NCBI RefSeq assembly: GCF_041146345.1
Contig: NW_027191417.1
Location: 558,001-622,000, forward strand
Length of the DNA stretch: 64,000 bases
Direction: 5' to 3'
Origin: Neodothiora populina
Taxonomy: Eukaryota
Part shown: positions 50,217 through 61,374 of the stretch, one piece after another
Numbering within the stretch: position 1 is the stretch's first letter
How the letters are laid out: every line of letters starts with the position of its first letter
The notes under the pieces: model-generated
Database searches by the model: none
What the model saw: only the letters and a program-made list of their open reading frames with translations
What the model was told of the DNA's origin: nothing
Position numbers and translations under genes: made by a program

Positions 50217-51245
50217 TTTGGAGCCTGTCAGAGAGATGGTGATGCGATGAAAGTCGACGAGCAGAGAAAAAGAGCTGCAGAATTATTTTGTCGGATTAAA
50301 TTATTATCGCACCTGCCGTTTCCAGGGTCCGATATGGGGAGACGGCGATTGATTCCATACCTCCGTTGCGTATTTCTCATCATACATTACTTCTTTACTT
50401 GCTGTATACTCTAGTACGCCCATCATGAATCAGGCACCACAGTACAAAGTTTCGCCATCACCATATCCTGTATCCAGAGTCTACCTAATTGTGACTCTTG
50501 ATGAGGGCCTTCTGACGACAGCCGACAGTAGTACCTGGAACAGTTCTCTCTCTTGTGAACGGCCCGACGTTATTGCTGCTGCACCCTCGCCCGTTTCCAG
50601 AACCAAACACCACATGGCTGGGACTTGTACCTTATTCTATAGTGACAATCCCAGACTACGATGATCAGTCTCACTTGCTGTCAATAGAAAGAGCCTCGTG
50701 ATGCTGTACGGGCCACAGTAGATGGTCGACGCACGTCGAGCCTGCCCGGTCATCAGATGTGTATATCTTGAGGTGGGAAAAGTCCCTGCGCACCAACTCC
50801 GCATCAGAAGCGACCTCTCGGCAGTCGGTGGCGCGGGCGTGACGCAGCCTGTGTGTATGGCGATATCTTGGTATGAACGACAACCTCATAATAATCATTC
50901 AGCAAAGTGATCAAAAGGGAGTCGTGTCTTTGTATGTACAATATTGCAGCGCATATCTCTCGAACCACAGCTCAAGCAACAAGCATCGAGCTCTGAAGGT
51001 ACCTTGCCGGTAGTAAAGACAGACACACAACAATCCCTCCTCGTCATCTCCTCTCCTGCCTCCCTTCCTTGGAGTGAACCGTGCCTCGCTCGCCCTGGAT
51101 CTGCGACGCGACGCAATAAAGCAATAATACTTGTACATTACTGCCTTGCTCTGCAGTGTCTCACCACTCCTTGTGTATATACCGGACTGTCCAAGTGGGA
51201 ATGAAATCGCATCGCCGGTCGATGCACTGATATACTGCAACAACA

Positions 51246-54200
51246 ATGGCAGCGACGACTGGCACTGGCAACCTGCAGCCGGGTCTGGTGCCTGTTGCCC
51301 GTCCGCTGAGTCTCATGTGATTATTCCTCTTCTTCATCTTTATTCATCTGTTCCAAGCAACAACAAGCGCTGACTCTTTCCAAGCCCCGTAGGCCTCAAG
51401 GAGGCCGCTCTGGACTCTCCCACCTTCCGCGCCACAGCTCTGCATTTCGCCGCCCAATTCGAATCCGTCGAGGCCTGGCTCAAAGACTACGTCAAACAAG
51501 CCACCAAACTCGCCGACCGATTCCAATCTCTGAGCCAGGAGTTCGACTCTTTCAAGAGATTCCCCGTCCCTCCTCCCCTCGACATCACCCCGGCCCTCCT
51601 CGATCACGACTACACCTTGCTGGCAACCACCAGACATGCCGATGGCGCCCGCGAGTATCTCCAGACCATCTTTCGCAACATCGAAAAGTCAAGGGCCACC
51701 GTCGTCACTCCTCTGAACAACTTCGTCAAGGAAGAGCTGCGTGTCTTCAAGGATGCCAAGGACGCATTGAAGCGAGCCCAGAGAGACTTTGACGCTGAAC
51801 TGGCCAGATATGCCTCCCAGGCAAAGACAAAAGAGCCCTCGTCGCTCAGGGAAGATGCCTTCAAGCTGCACGAGGCGCGCAAGCACTACCTCAAGGCCTC
51901 GATGGACTTTTGCATCCAGGCCCCCAACTTCCGCGCCTCCCTCGACAAGTTGCTGGTCAAGGTGTGCTCGGATCAGTGGAAGGACTTCAGAACCTCACGC
52001 GAGGCCACCGCCGCCACTTTTGCCAAATGGGGCTCGGAGATGGAGCGCATCCGCGGCTGGAGTAAAGAGATGGACGAATCCGAGCCCGTCTTCAAGCGCG
52101 AGCTCTTGATCGCTAGGAGACAGATCGAAGACAGCGCCGAGATGGCCGTCCGCCCCTCCAGGGAACTCGAGGACTACGCCGCCTCCACCGTCCCTTTTCT
52201 CGGCTCCTCTTCCATGCAGTCACCTACGAGACCGACACACCCGGAATACCACGTGGCTGAAAAGCAAGGCTGGCTTTTCCTCAAGACCGTTCCTCCGAAA
52301 CCTGCGCGCACATCTTGGCCGAGACGCTGGTTCTTTGTCAAAAATGGCATTTTCGGCTGGCTGCTGCATGGTGCGACCTCTGGCGGCGTTGAAGAGAGCG
52401 AGAAGATTGGTGTCTTGCTTTGCAGCATCCGTCCTGCTGTCCAAGAGGAAAGACGCTTCTGCTTTGAGGTCAAGACCAAGGATGCCACCATCGTCCTGCA
52501 GGCGGAAACACAAACCGAACTGCTCCAGTGGATTGCCGCTTTCGACCTGGCCAAGCGCAAGGCTCTGGAGGCCGATAGATCACCCGGCGCTTCATCAGCC
52601 AACCTTGCCTTCGCCGTGAGCCCTCCTGTATCCCCTGACTTTGCTGCCAAGGTCAACGACGGTCATCTGTCACAATCCGGCGACGAGGCCTTGCCCGTCA
52701 TCGATGCGGGCGTGCTTGCCGGCCGTAGCAGCTTCGACGTCAGCACCTCACGACGCTCTACTATGCTTGACAATGAATCCAGCCGCGAGCGCATCATGTC
52801 AAAACTCGACCTGCACAGAAAGTCTCAAGCCGAGAGGTCGTCAGCGGCGGGTGGCATAGCAAGCCTGATCTCCGCGAGCCACAGCGTACTACCTGTCGGT
52901 CCATCTTCACCTAAGCAAGGCGAACATCATCGATCTTTCACCATGCCTGTCAGCAGCTTCGCCCCATCCACTCTTGCAAACCCGCCCGCCCCGACGAACC
53001 TCAGTGAGCGAGCCGTCGCCGTCAGCAGAGATCGTGGTACCGGTTTCGACAAGGACGACGGCGATGGCATGCCGAGTGGGATCATGGCCAACCTGTGGGG
53101 TTCGACCAACTGGAGCTACAACAACAGACGCACCCGAGACATGATGTCCCCGCCATCCAACAGTCCAAAGATGAGGCCCAAGGCGTCTGTGGATGACATG
53201 AGTATCTCGGGCAGTGCCTTTGACACGCCAAAGAACCCCACCTTATCCCACCGCAAGACACTGAGCGTCGGCAACTCGTTGGATATGACTCGGGCTTCTC
53301 AGTTGTCGCTAGATGAGGCCATCAACGACTACCCCCTGACTCTCAAGGCCGACGATGCCCTCTCCCTCAAGGCACACGATGCCCAGTTCCGTGTCTTGTT
53401 CACCGATGTACCCCGCTCCGAAAAAGTGGTGCTGGTCTTCACAGCCATGTGGAGCCCGAACGAGCAGCAGGAATTCCCAGGACGCGTCTATGTAACGACA
53501 AACAGTATCTATTTCTACAGCAATCACTTCGGCATGATCCTCATAACAGAAATCGGTCTGACTTCGATCGATGAAGTCACAGCAGCACCCGGACGGGAGA
53601 ACGAGTGCGACTATATCTTTTTACATCTCAAAGAGAGCCCTAGAAACCCCGAGTCGAGGCGTGTGACGGTCAAGACTTTCTTGGCCAGTCTCAAACTGCT
53701 ACAGCGGAGACTCGACTACCTGGTCCGCAATGCCAACCTCGATACCCCAGCCTCCTTGGAGGAAGTGTTCAAGGTCTTTGCCAAGATCAGTGTCGAAGAT
53801 CCAAGCAAGTCCCCCAGCTTACAGAGTTGGGAAGAGCTGGGCTACTCCCAAGGAGAAGACAACGAAGTCAGGGGTCCGAAGGATAGACCGGGAAACCTTA
53901 AAGCAAGCCTGCGCATTGACGGGACGCTGTACGGCGAGCGAGCTGGCCGGACGGGACGTGAGGTGACCAAGTTCAGGCTGCCGGCTCAGCCTGTGGTCTA
54001 CAAGCCGGCAGGTGCGGGTGATGCCACAGTGGTCAAAGACTTCAACATCAGTGCCAAAGCACTGTTTCATGTCATGTTTGGCGATCGAAGTGCCGTTTTC
54101 CAGATCCTGTATCGGCACAGACCCGTCACCAGTATGTTGGTTTGTGTTGACGATACGCGAATATCCATGCTAACGTGACAACAGACATCAAACAGACCCC

Positions 54201-55485
54201 GTGGACACACAACCCACAGGGGAGACTGGTGCGCCAGTTCACTTGCACGGTGCACGACGGCAGAGAGATCGAGGCAGATACACAATCAATCGACGTCATG
54301 AACGACCATCTCTGCTATGTCGTGACTCAGACTCAGTCGCCATGGCACCTGCCACTGTCGACATCATTCCGGATAGTGACCAAGTTCATCATCACGCACT
54401 CGGCCAAATCAAAGGCCAAGCTAGCAGTATTCAACGAGGTTGTCTGGCAAGGCGACAGCGCTGCACCGAAGAAGCTGGCGATATCGCAACGCCTGATCGA
54501 AAAGCAGGCGCTCCGAGACTACGAGGCTGACGCCGTCGATCTTACAGACGTCGCGGCGGATCAGGTAAGCAAGCTGGGTGCTCGAAGCAAGACCAACAAA
54601 GCCATGCAGATTTACGGCGCGGTTGGTCAATCAACACAGACCACACAAGTCGCGCCATCGGATCTACCCGAGACGACGACATTGAAGCCGAGGAAGTTAT
54701 TCAAGCAACGATCACTTGTGGACCTCTACGTGGAGAGTGCCTTGGCCGAGTCGTTCCGCTTGTTCACCATGGTCATCGACTTGGGCATTGCTCTGCTCAA
54801 GTCCCTCGCAGGAGTGGCCACGGCTCATTCGCTGCTCGTCGGTCTTTTGCTCGTCAGCGCCATGTACAACACATGGTACAACTATCGCGACGGACTGTCG
54901 TGGTACCACGAGCGCAGCGCCGGCAAGTTCATGGCCAGGTTGGGCGTCAAATCCGATGCGACTGTCGCACGAGCAATCTACCTAAGCGACATCGACGACC
55001 TCATCACCGTACCTGGTATGATCCATGTCAACAGCAGCGTCGCTGCGACTGGTTCTACACTAGAACAACAAGAGGGAGAATGGAACACATGTCGCGGAAC
55101 GTTCAGCGATATCATCACAGCATCGGACACGGAGACGGCTTCGAGCCATGAGCCGGGCGCAGTCAAGGGTCCTACGAAACGCGCAGTCGCCAGACTGCAA
55201 CGTACGCGTCACTCGCTCGCAAGATACCGACACGATCTGCTGGTCGCCATGCGCGTGGTCAATCGCGTGGAAGAGGAAGTGGTGCAGGCAGAATGGGAGG
55301 ATTGGGTGCGAGAGGAGGAGCGAAAGTGCAGACGAGTGGAAGACATGCTTGCGTCCCGGAAGAAAGACAAAGGGCAGGGAAAGAGCAAGGGCGAGATGGC
55401 GATAGAAGAGGACTTGGGCGAAGGCTTTGTCGAGTATTGCAACAGCTGTCATGAAGCGGCCGCCAGCATGTCCACGAGACACTGA
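51246..55485 (+). CDS. SIP3: Sip3/Lam1-family membrane-anchored lipid transfer protein (BAR-PH-GRAM-VASt-TM)
   Basis: LIPVGLKEAALDSPTFRAT, BAR region (QAKTKEPSSLREDAFKLHEARK), PH (EKQGWLF...WPRRWFFVKNGIFGW...EERRFCFEV), GRAM (FPGRVYVT), VASt (SAKALFHVMFGDRS) and a C-terminal TM. Introns at 51317-51384 and 54132-54184. Confidence 0.92.
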
Positions 55486-56077
55486 TCTATACTCGAGAGG
55501 CTTTTCTTTTCCATTCTGTCGACTTCCAAACAGCCTGGGATTTTGTGCCTGCAGTCGCACTGTTTGTTTCTGTTCGTCTTTCCCCAAGCGCGGCGTTCGA
55601 ATGGACATGGGAGATTGCATTGTTTATTGCATAGTTCACATAGTCGTGCATATACAATACCCAGAACACTTGACAATGGCTAGCTGAAGCCGATATCTTG
55701 CAAAATGTAGACAGCTCACGACAGGGCGAATGATAGTCTGGATCTGGACCTCGACAGGGCTTGCAAGATCAGTCGAAGGTATAATACAGGTGTACCTAAC
55801 GAGACAGAGGGGAGAGAAGCAGATGATGTCACTGGGTGGAAGAGCTGCAGCTCGTCGCGCGTCAACTTTACCTTTGGATTTGCAGCTTGCCTCAGGACTC
55901 CAATTGAAAGCAAAGCTTCAGTTCCATCTAATCTTTCTCTTTTCTTACTTTCGAGCTTCAGATTCCATATACCTGACCCCTCTCCGCAGTGATCCTGTGA
56001 GTTGTCGCAAGAGTCTGCCGCTGGCCGTCCCCCGCACGCGCGTGGATTCCTCAGACCACACCCGAAAAACGAAAACC

Positions 56078-57328
56078 ATGTCACACGTGCCTTTTGTCAC
56101 CATCGACCCCGACGCGAACATTCCCCCTCTCTACGCGACAACAACAGCAGCAGCAACCACCAGCACCATCCCTGACCCTGTCCCGGCGCGCTCGGCCGAC
56201 TCCCTACGGACCTCATCCGCCTCTCGCGAGAACATCGTCGCCGCCACAGATCCTCTCCTCGCCGACAGCATGAGTGCCACCTCGACCTCGGCCGCCCCGG
56301 TCGACACCACCAGGCCATTGACAGCGAAGAAGAAGAACCGCGGCTCATTGCCCTCGTGGATCGCGTTTCCGCTGACGGTCGTGCTGAGTCTGGGGCTGAG
56401 CGCGTCGCTGTACTCTGCTGTGCCGCAGCTGGTTGGGTACGAGTTGGCCGCTGTGTCGCGCACGATTGATGAGCCGTGGGAGATTGGCTCGTTGCTTGCT
56501 TGGAAGGTGGTCGAGATGGCGGTTTCTTGGTCTGTGGGCCTTGATTGTGAGTTTGTTCTTTTTTGCCTTGTGCAGACTCGAGAGATCGAGAAAGAGAAGA
56601 CGCGCTGACGGAAGACAGATCTCGACATTCTGAGCCTCGCCCTGCTCTCGAACGTGCCTTACTATGTCCTCCTGAACGTCTTCTACGAAACCTCCTACAA
56701 GGCTTTGGCCGCGAGCTTCACAATCGACATGATTTCGCTGGCTCTTCCTTTCTCGCTGCTTCGTCCGCTCAACTTCTACAACGCGCGCAAGAGAACTTCG
56801 CGGCCACAGAGCGTCAGCGAGATCGCCTCGGATCGCAGCATCAACATGTACATGACCGCTCTGGCTGCCGCCTTGTACAGCCTGGTCGTCTACTCGAGCT
56901 TCTACACCTGGTTGCCCGTGTACATGATCAAGCACTTCGACGAGGTGCGCTCTCTCGAGGCCGCGCACAACGCCACTCTGCCGATCCTGCTCATCGCCTG
57001 CATCCCCATCGGATACGCCGCCAAGAACTTTCTGTTCAAGCCCTCGATAGCCGCCGCCCGTCCTCTCATCGACCCCTTCGACCCCGTCACCGCTTCCCTG
57101 CCGGATACCGTGCGCTACAATCTCGGCGTCGGACTGCACTCGTCTCGCGCTTCGATTCTGACCACTCGCACCACTCTGCTTATCGTTAATGCTGCCATCA
57201 ATACCTTTGTCAGGGTTTTTGGCACCGTCGAGGGCACTGATGCTTTGGGCGCTGCTGGCTGGGCTGGTCTGTGGAGTGCTGCTGCGTTGATGGTAGGTGT
57301 TGGGTTCGCTTGGGCGGCCGAGTCATAG
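56078..57328 (+). CDS. Uncharacterised multi-pass membrane protein
   Basis: ATG at 56078 in an ACCATG context. Intron 56547-56618 joins two codon-biased exons. Several hydrophobic helices (FPLTVVLSLGLSASLYS; ALAAALYSLVVYSSFYTWLP; GWAGLWSAAALMVGVGFAW). Confidence 0.85.
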
Positions 57329-58594
57329 CGTCCGCTTTGCAGAGGAAACAGCGAGGTTCTCATATCTCTCCATACACACAGCTGCGGGAAAATGAGACTA
57401 TGGAGAGAAACGGGAAAAATGAGATGTTATTCCGGAGCCCTGGTCCAATAGGGTTCTCCTCCCATCTTTCTCGCGTCTCTGTTGTTACATGAACTACCGA
57501 GTACCGGAACGGCTCTTGCTATTTGAAGATAGGGACCACAGGAATGGAACGGCGCGTTAGTCATCTACAGTCTTTCTGTTCTCTTCGGGGCGGGGGGAGG
57601 AAAGTGTATCAGGCAATATGTTTCTTCTTTTTGAATAAATCCAGGACGAATAAAATCCAATAAACAATTCGATATATCTATCAACTATGCGAGCTTTTCC
57701 ATTTCAGTCGGCTCTACTAAAGATACATCCGTTGACACGGGCGAGTTTTCTCCTCTGTAGCACTTGACAAGGTAGCTTTTCTATCAAACTACACCAGACA
57801 CTCTTGTTTCTCTACCTTGCAATACTACAGCCATTCCACACGCGGTAGAACAGCCATGTAGAAAGAAACTCTTTTAGTATAGTAAGTCACGATGAAAGTG
57901 AGTAAGAAACCTGCACTACTACATCGTACAGTAGTACAGTTGCAAGCAAAGACACAAGTAGGTAGCGAACAAGGTGGGTCCGGGTGGGTGTGGGCATGTC
58001 CATCGAAGCCAGCCAGCCAGCCAGGCCGAGTGCGCAATTGATTCCGCCCCGCCCTGTGCTGCCATGTCCTGGTTGTTCTGAGCCTCTCGGCTGGCCTGGT
58101 CTCTAAGCTGGCTGGCTTATATAATAACACCTACTTTACTTTACCATCAGCCTTGTTTACTGTACCTTATATATCTTACTGCATTGTCGCTGCTTGTGCT
58201 GAGTATCGGTAGTACAGTACAGTACTTGACATGAACTTGCAATAGAAACCCCTACTAATGACTATCCCACTGTCCTGGAAGAATCGAATATAGATATCAG
58301 AAGGGACTGGATATCAGGCATGATTTTCGTGATTCTTTGAGATTCGGCTTTATTGAAACATCTTGAGTTCATGGAGATATGAGAAGCAGCCATTGAGTCG
58401 TTTCTGCGTAGTGCTGGACTGTACTGTAATTTACCGCCTACCGAGTGTGTACGGGATATATCTGGTATAATCTCGCGAGGACACCTGGAGTGTGCTTGAT
58501 CCGGACAACGAGACCTAGGACAGGCCGATCTTATTTGTCTATCATCTTGGTCGGTCCCTTTTCGTCTGCTCTGGATATATGCACTCACGATAGA

Positions 58595-60588
58595 ATGTAC
58601 CACTTCAAAGACCTCTCCGAAGCCGGAAAACTCGAGCGACGCCACCTCCTGGATACCTATGGCCAACTAGCCCAATTCTCCGTCGTTTTGCCACTTCTGA
58701 CTCCTTCTCTATTGGCTCTCGGCGCATGGACATGCCGCCGTCTATTGTCAATCGCAAAAAGCAATGTCGACGATGACGATAGACCTGGTTCGCCGTATGT
58801 CAAGAAGATGAGGCTGGGGAAGTGGTATAGACTGAAACAAAAATGGAGGAGGGCGGAGTGGTGGATGGGGGAAGAGTGCGAGGGGTGGGGATTGGATGGG
58901 TACAAGAGGGGAGAAGTGGTGATTTCTGGGCTGTGGTTGGCTTGGTTGTCGTTGCTTTGTTGCGTTGATACGAAATCAGGTAATATTTCTCGTCATTTTG
59001 GTTGCATTGGTTTAGCATGAAGACGCTGCTGATCACTATGAGTGCAACAGATTACTTGCATCTGACCAAACGATTCGGCATCATAGGCGCGTCTCAGCTG
59101 CCGTTCCATTACCTCCTGGCGCTCAAGTCGCCATATTCTCCTGTCCAGCTCCTCACCCGCCGATCTTGGGACTCGCTGAGCAATCTCCATCAACTCCTCG
59201 GCCGAGTCGTCTCTCTTCTATTCTATCTACACGCAATCTTCTACCTCAACTTTTTCGTACAGGCTAATGTATTGGCTAGGCGAATCAAAGACCGCGACGT
59301 CATCTTGGGTCTTGTGGCTGTCGTTTCTTTTGCGGTTGTCGGGTCGACTGCGCTGAGCTGGGTCAGGAGAAGAAAGTACTGGGTATTCTACTCTGTGCAT
59401 GTCGTTCTTGCGTCGGCGCTTTTGCCCGTGCTGTACTTTCACGTTCACCACTTGAGAGTGTACATCTGGGAGACTTTGGCCGTTTACGCGGTGCATTTGC
59501 TTCTGAGAAGAGTAAACGAAACCACCATCGAAGCCACGGTTTCTGTCGTCCCGGGCGGCTCCAAGGTATTAGCGATCGAGATCCCGATGCGCGGACACAA
59601 GAATCAACGCGGCTGGAACAAGGTCTGGCAGCCGGGCCAACACGTCTACATTTCGCACCTGACAGACTCTGCGAAGTCTCCTCTTCTGCAACTCTTGAAA
59701 CTGCGCCAGAAGAACCCCTTCACCATCGCCTCTTTACCAACAACAGAAAGCGAGAACACTCTCAAACTCATCGCCCGAATCCGTACAAATGCAACAGCCA
59801 CTCTCGCTGCTCTCGCTGCGCAATCAAAGATCTCCATCCCCCTGACAATCGAAGGACCGTACGGATTACCCACCCACGCCGTGACTCTACTGAGTTGTAC
59901 GAAGGTCCTGTTCGTAGCAGGAGGCGTAGGCGCCACCTTCGTCATGCCTCTTTTCCGCACCTTACTCTCCGATCTATCTCCATCGCGAGGAAGCAGGAGA
60001 CGGGAAACTGTCAAATGCGTGTGGGTGGTCAGGGACCTCGCAGAGACGACCTGGGCGTTCGATCAACAACAGACTGGCTCAGAAGAAGAAAGCGAGGAAA
60101 CGAGAGGGGTCAAAGAGCGATTAACGGTCCACGTCACCCCCGGCTCGTCCGATACTTCTCGCCCGCACGAGTCATTCAGTCAACCAGACGACGAAGAAGA
60201 ACCCGAGGAAAGAGACGAAGAAGGCATAGAGCTAGACCCTTTCCTGCCCCCATCATCTTCTTCTTCTTCTTCTTCTTCTTCTTCTTCTTCTTCTTCTTCT
60301 TCTTCTTCTCCTGCGAAACCCACCCCAGCAGCCAACGCGAAGGATCTAACCATTAAATCCGGCCGTCCGAACCTCCCAGCTCTAGTCCGGGAGACCTTTT
60401 CCTCATCATCATCAAGATCAACACATGCATCAACAGAGCCGAGACAAAGAAGACACCGGAAAACAGGCATCGTCGTGTGCGGGCCAAAGTCCCTGACAAG
60501 AGCCGTGCGCCGAGAGGTCGGCAAGTGGGTAAGTAGATCCGAAGACGATGGGGACGTGTGGTTCTGGGCCGAGGAGTTTGGGGTTTAG
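58595..60588 (+). CDS. Ferric/cupric reductase-like transmembrane protein (FRE/NOX superfamily)
   Basis: Two H-x13-H heme-ligand helices (LHQLLGR...LHAIFY; VHVVL...FHVHH), WQPGQHVY, NPFTIAS (FAD), IEGPYG, VAGGVGAT, VCGP, terminal EEFG. Intron at 58980-59050. Confidence 0.92.
60256..60309. repeat. (TCT)18 microsatellite encoding poly-Ser in the ferric reductase
   Basis: Tandem repeat read directly from the sequence. Confidence 0.95.
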
Positions 60589-60663
60589 AGTCTCTTCTCT
60601 TTCTTTCGCTTCATCTAATATCTGGGCGTCGGCGGGGGAGGGCTGTGGAAATTAGGTTATGGG

Positions 60664-60690
60664 GTTGTTGTTGTTGTTGTTGTTGTTGTT
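60664..60690. repeat. (GTT)9 microsatellite downstream of the ferric reductase
   Basis: Tandem repeat read directly from the sequence. Confidence 0.92.
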
Positions 60691-61014
60691 CTTGGTGTTG
60701 TTCTTTGTCGTTATTGTCTGTGAGAGGTTGAGATTGAGTAGAATCCAGGATCACGACGCGTAGTATCGTCGCTATGCGCCATTCGTCCCGTAGCAGCCAT
60801 CACCAACCACAGAGTACCGCATGCCCAATGAGTGAGATATGCACGAAACCATGTCCCAAATCAGCTTATGCAGTTCCTCGAATGCGCCTCTGTACAAAAC
60901 ACGGGAATTCACGGAGATGGTTAAGCAATTCTAGCTAGCTAGCTCCAAACCCGAGCCTTTTTCATGTTGCGTATAAGAGTGGTGATGTTGTGAAATTTAA
61001 CAGACGTGAAAACT

Positions 61015-61116
61015 GAAAGAAAAAAAAAGAAAAAAAAAGAAAAAAAAGGGGACATTTTGGTGTATTGTACACTTTTTCTCTCCCTTCCCTTGCCTTGCCT
61101 TGCCTTGCCTTGCCTT
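61015..61116. repeat. Interrupted poly-A tract and (CCTTG)5 microsatellite in the CLU1 3' region
   Basis: A-tract at 61015-61047 and CCTTG units at 61088-61116. Confidence 0.88.
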
Positions 61117-61374
61117 CGGGGCCCAACACGCGCGTATACATGTGCAGTCCCTTCTGATCGATGCTTTTCCTTCACCTTTTTGACCTCTTCCGTTTTTTTT
61201 TCGTCGCCCTGCTTCGAACTACTGAGATAAATCGTACAACTGCCTCATCCTTCTCCACTTTCTTCACTCGTGCTATGAACACAAGTGTAGCCTCGCTGGC
61301 CCCTCCCCCCTCCCTGAGACTTCCCGTTCTCCTGGTGGTTATATGTACATTTACAATTTTCGCGATCAACTCGC

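Noticed and set aside
50770..50800. GGGAAAAGTCCCTG resembling the RNase MRP/P P4 strand
   Set aside because: The match is imperfect and I found no complementary 3' P4 strand or other conserved regions
55730..56077. N-terminal extension of the membrane-protein ORF
   Set aside because: Looks like promoter/UTR sequence; ATG 56078 has a strong context and marks the start of codon bias
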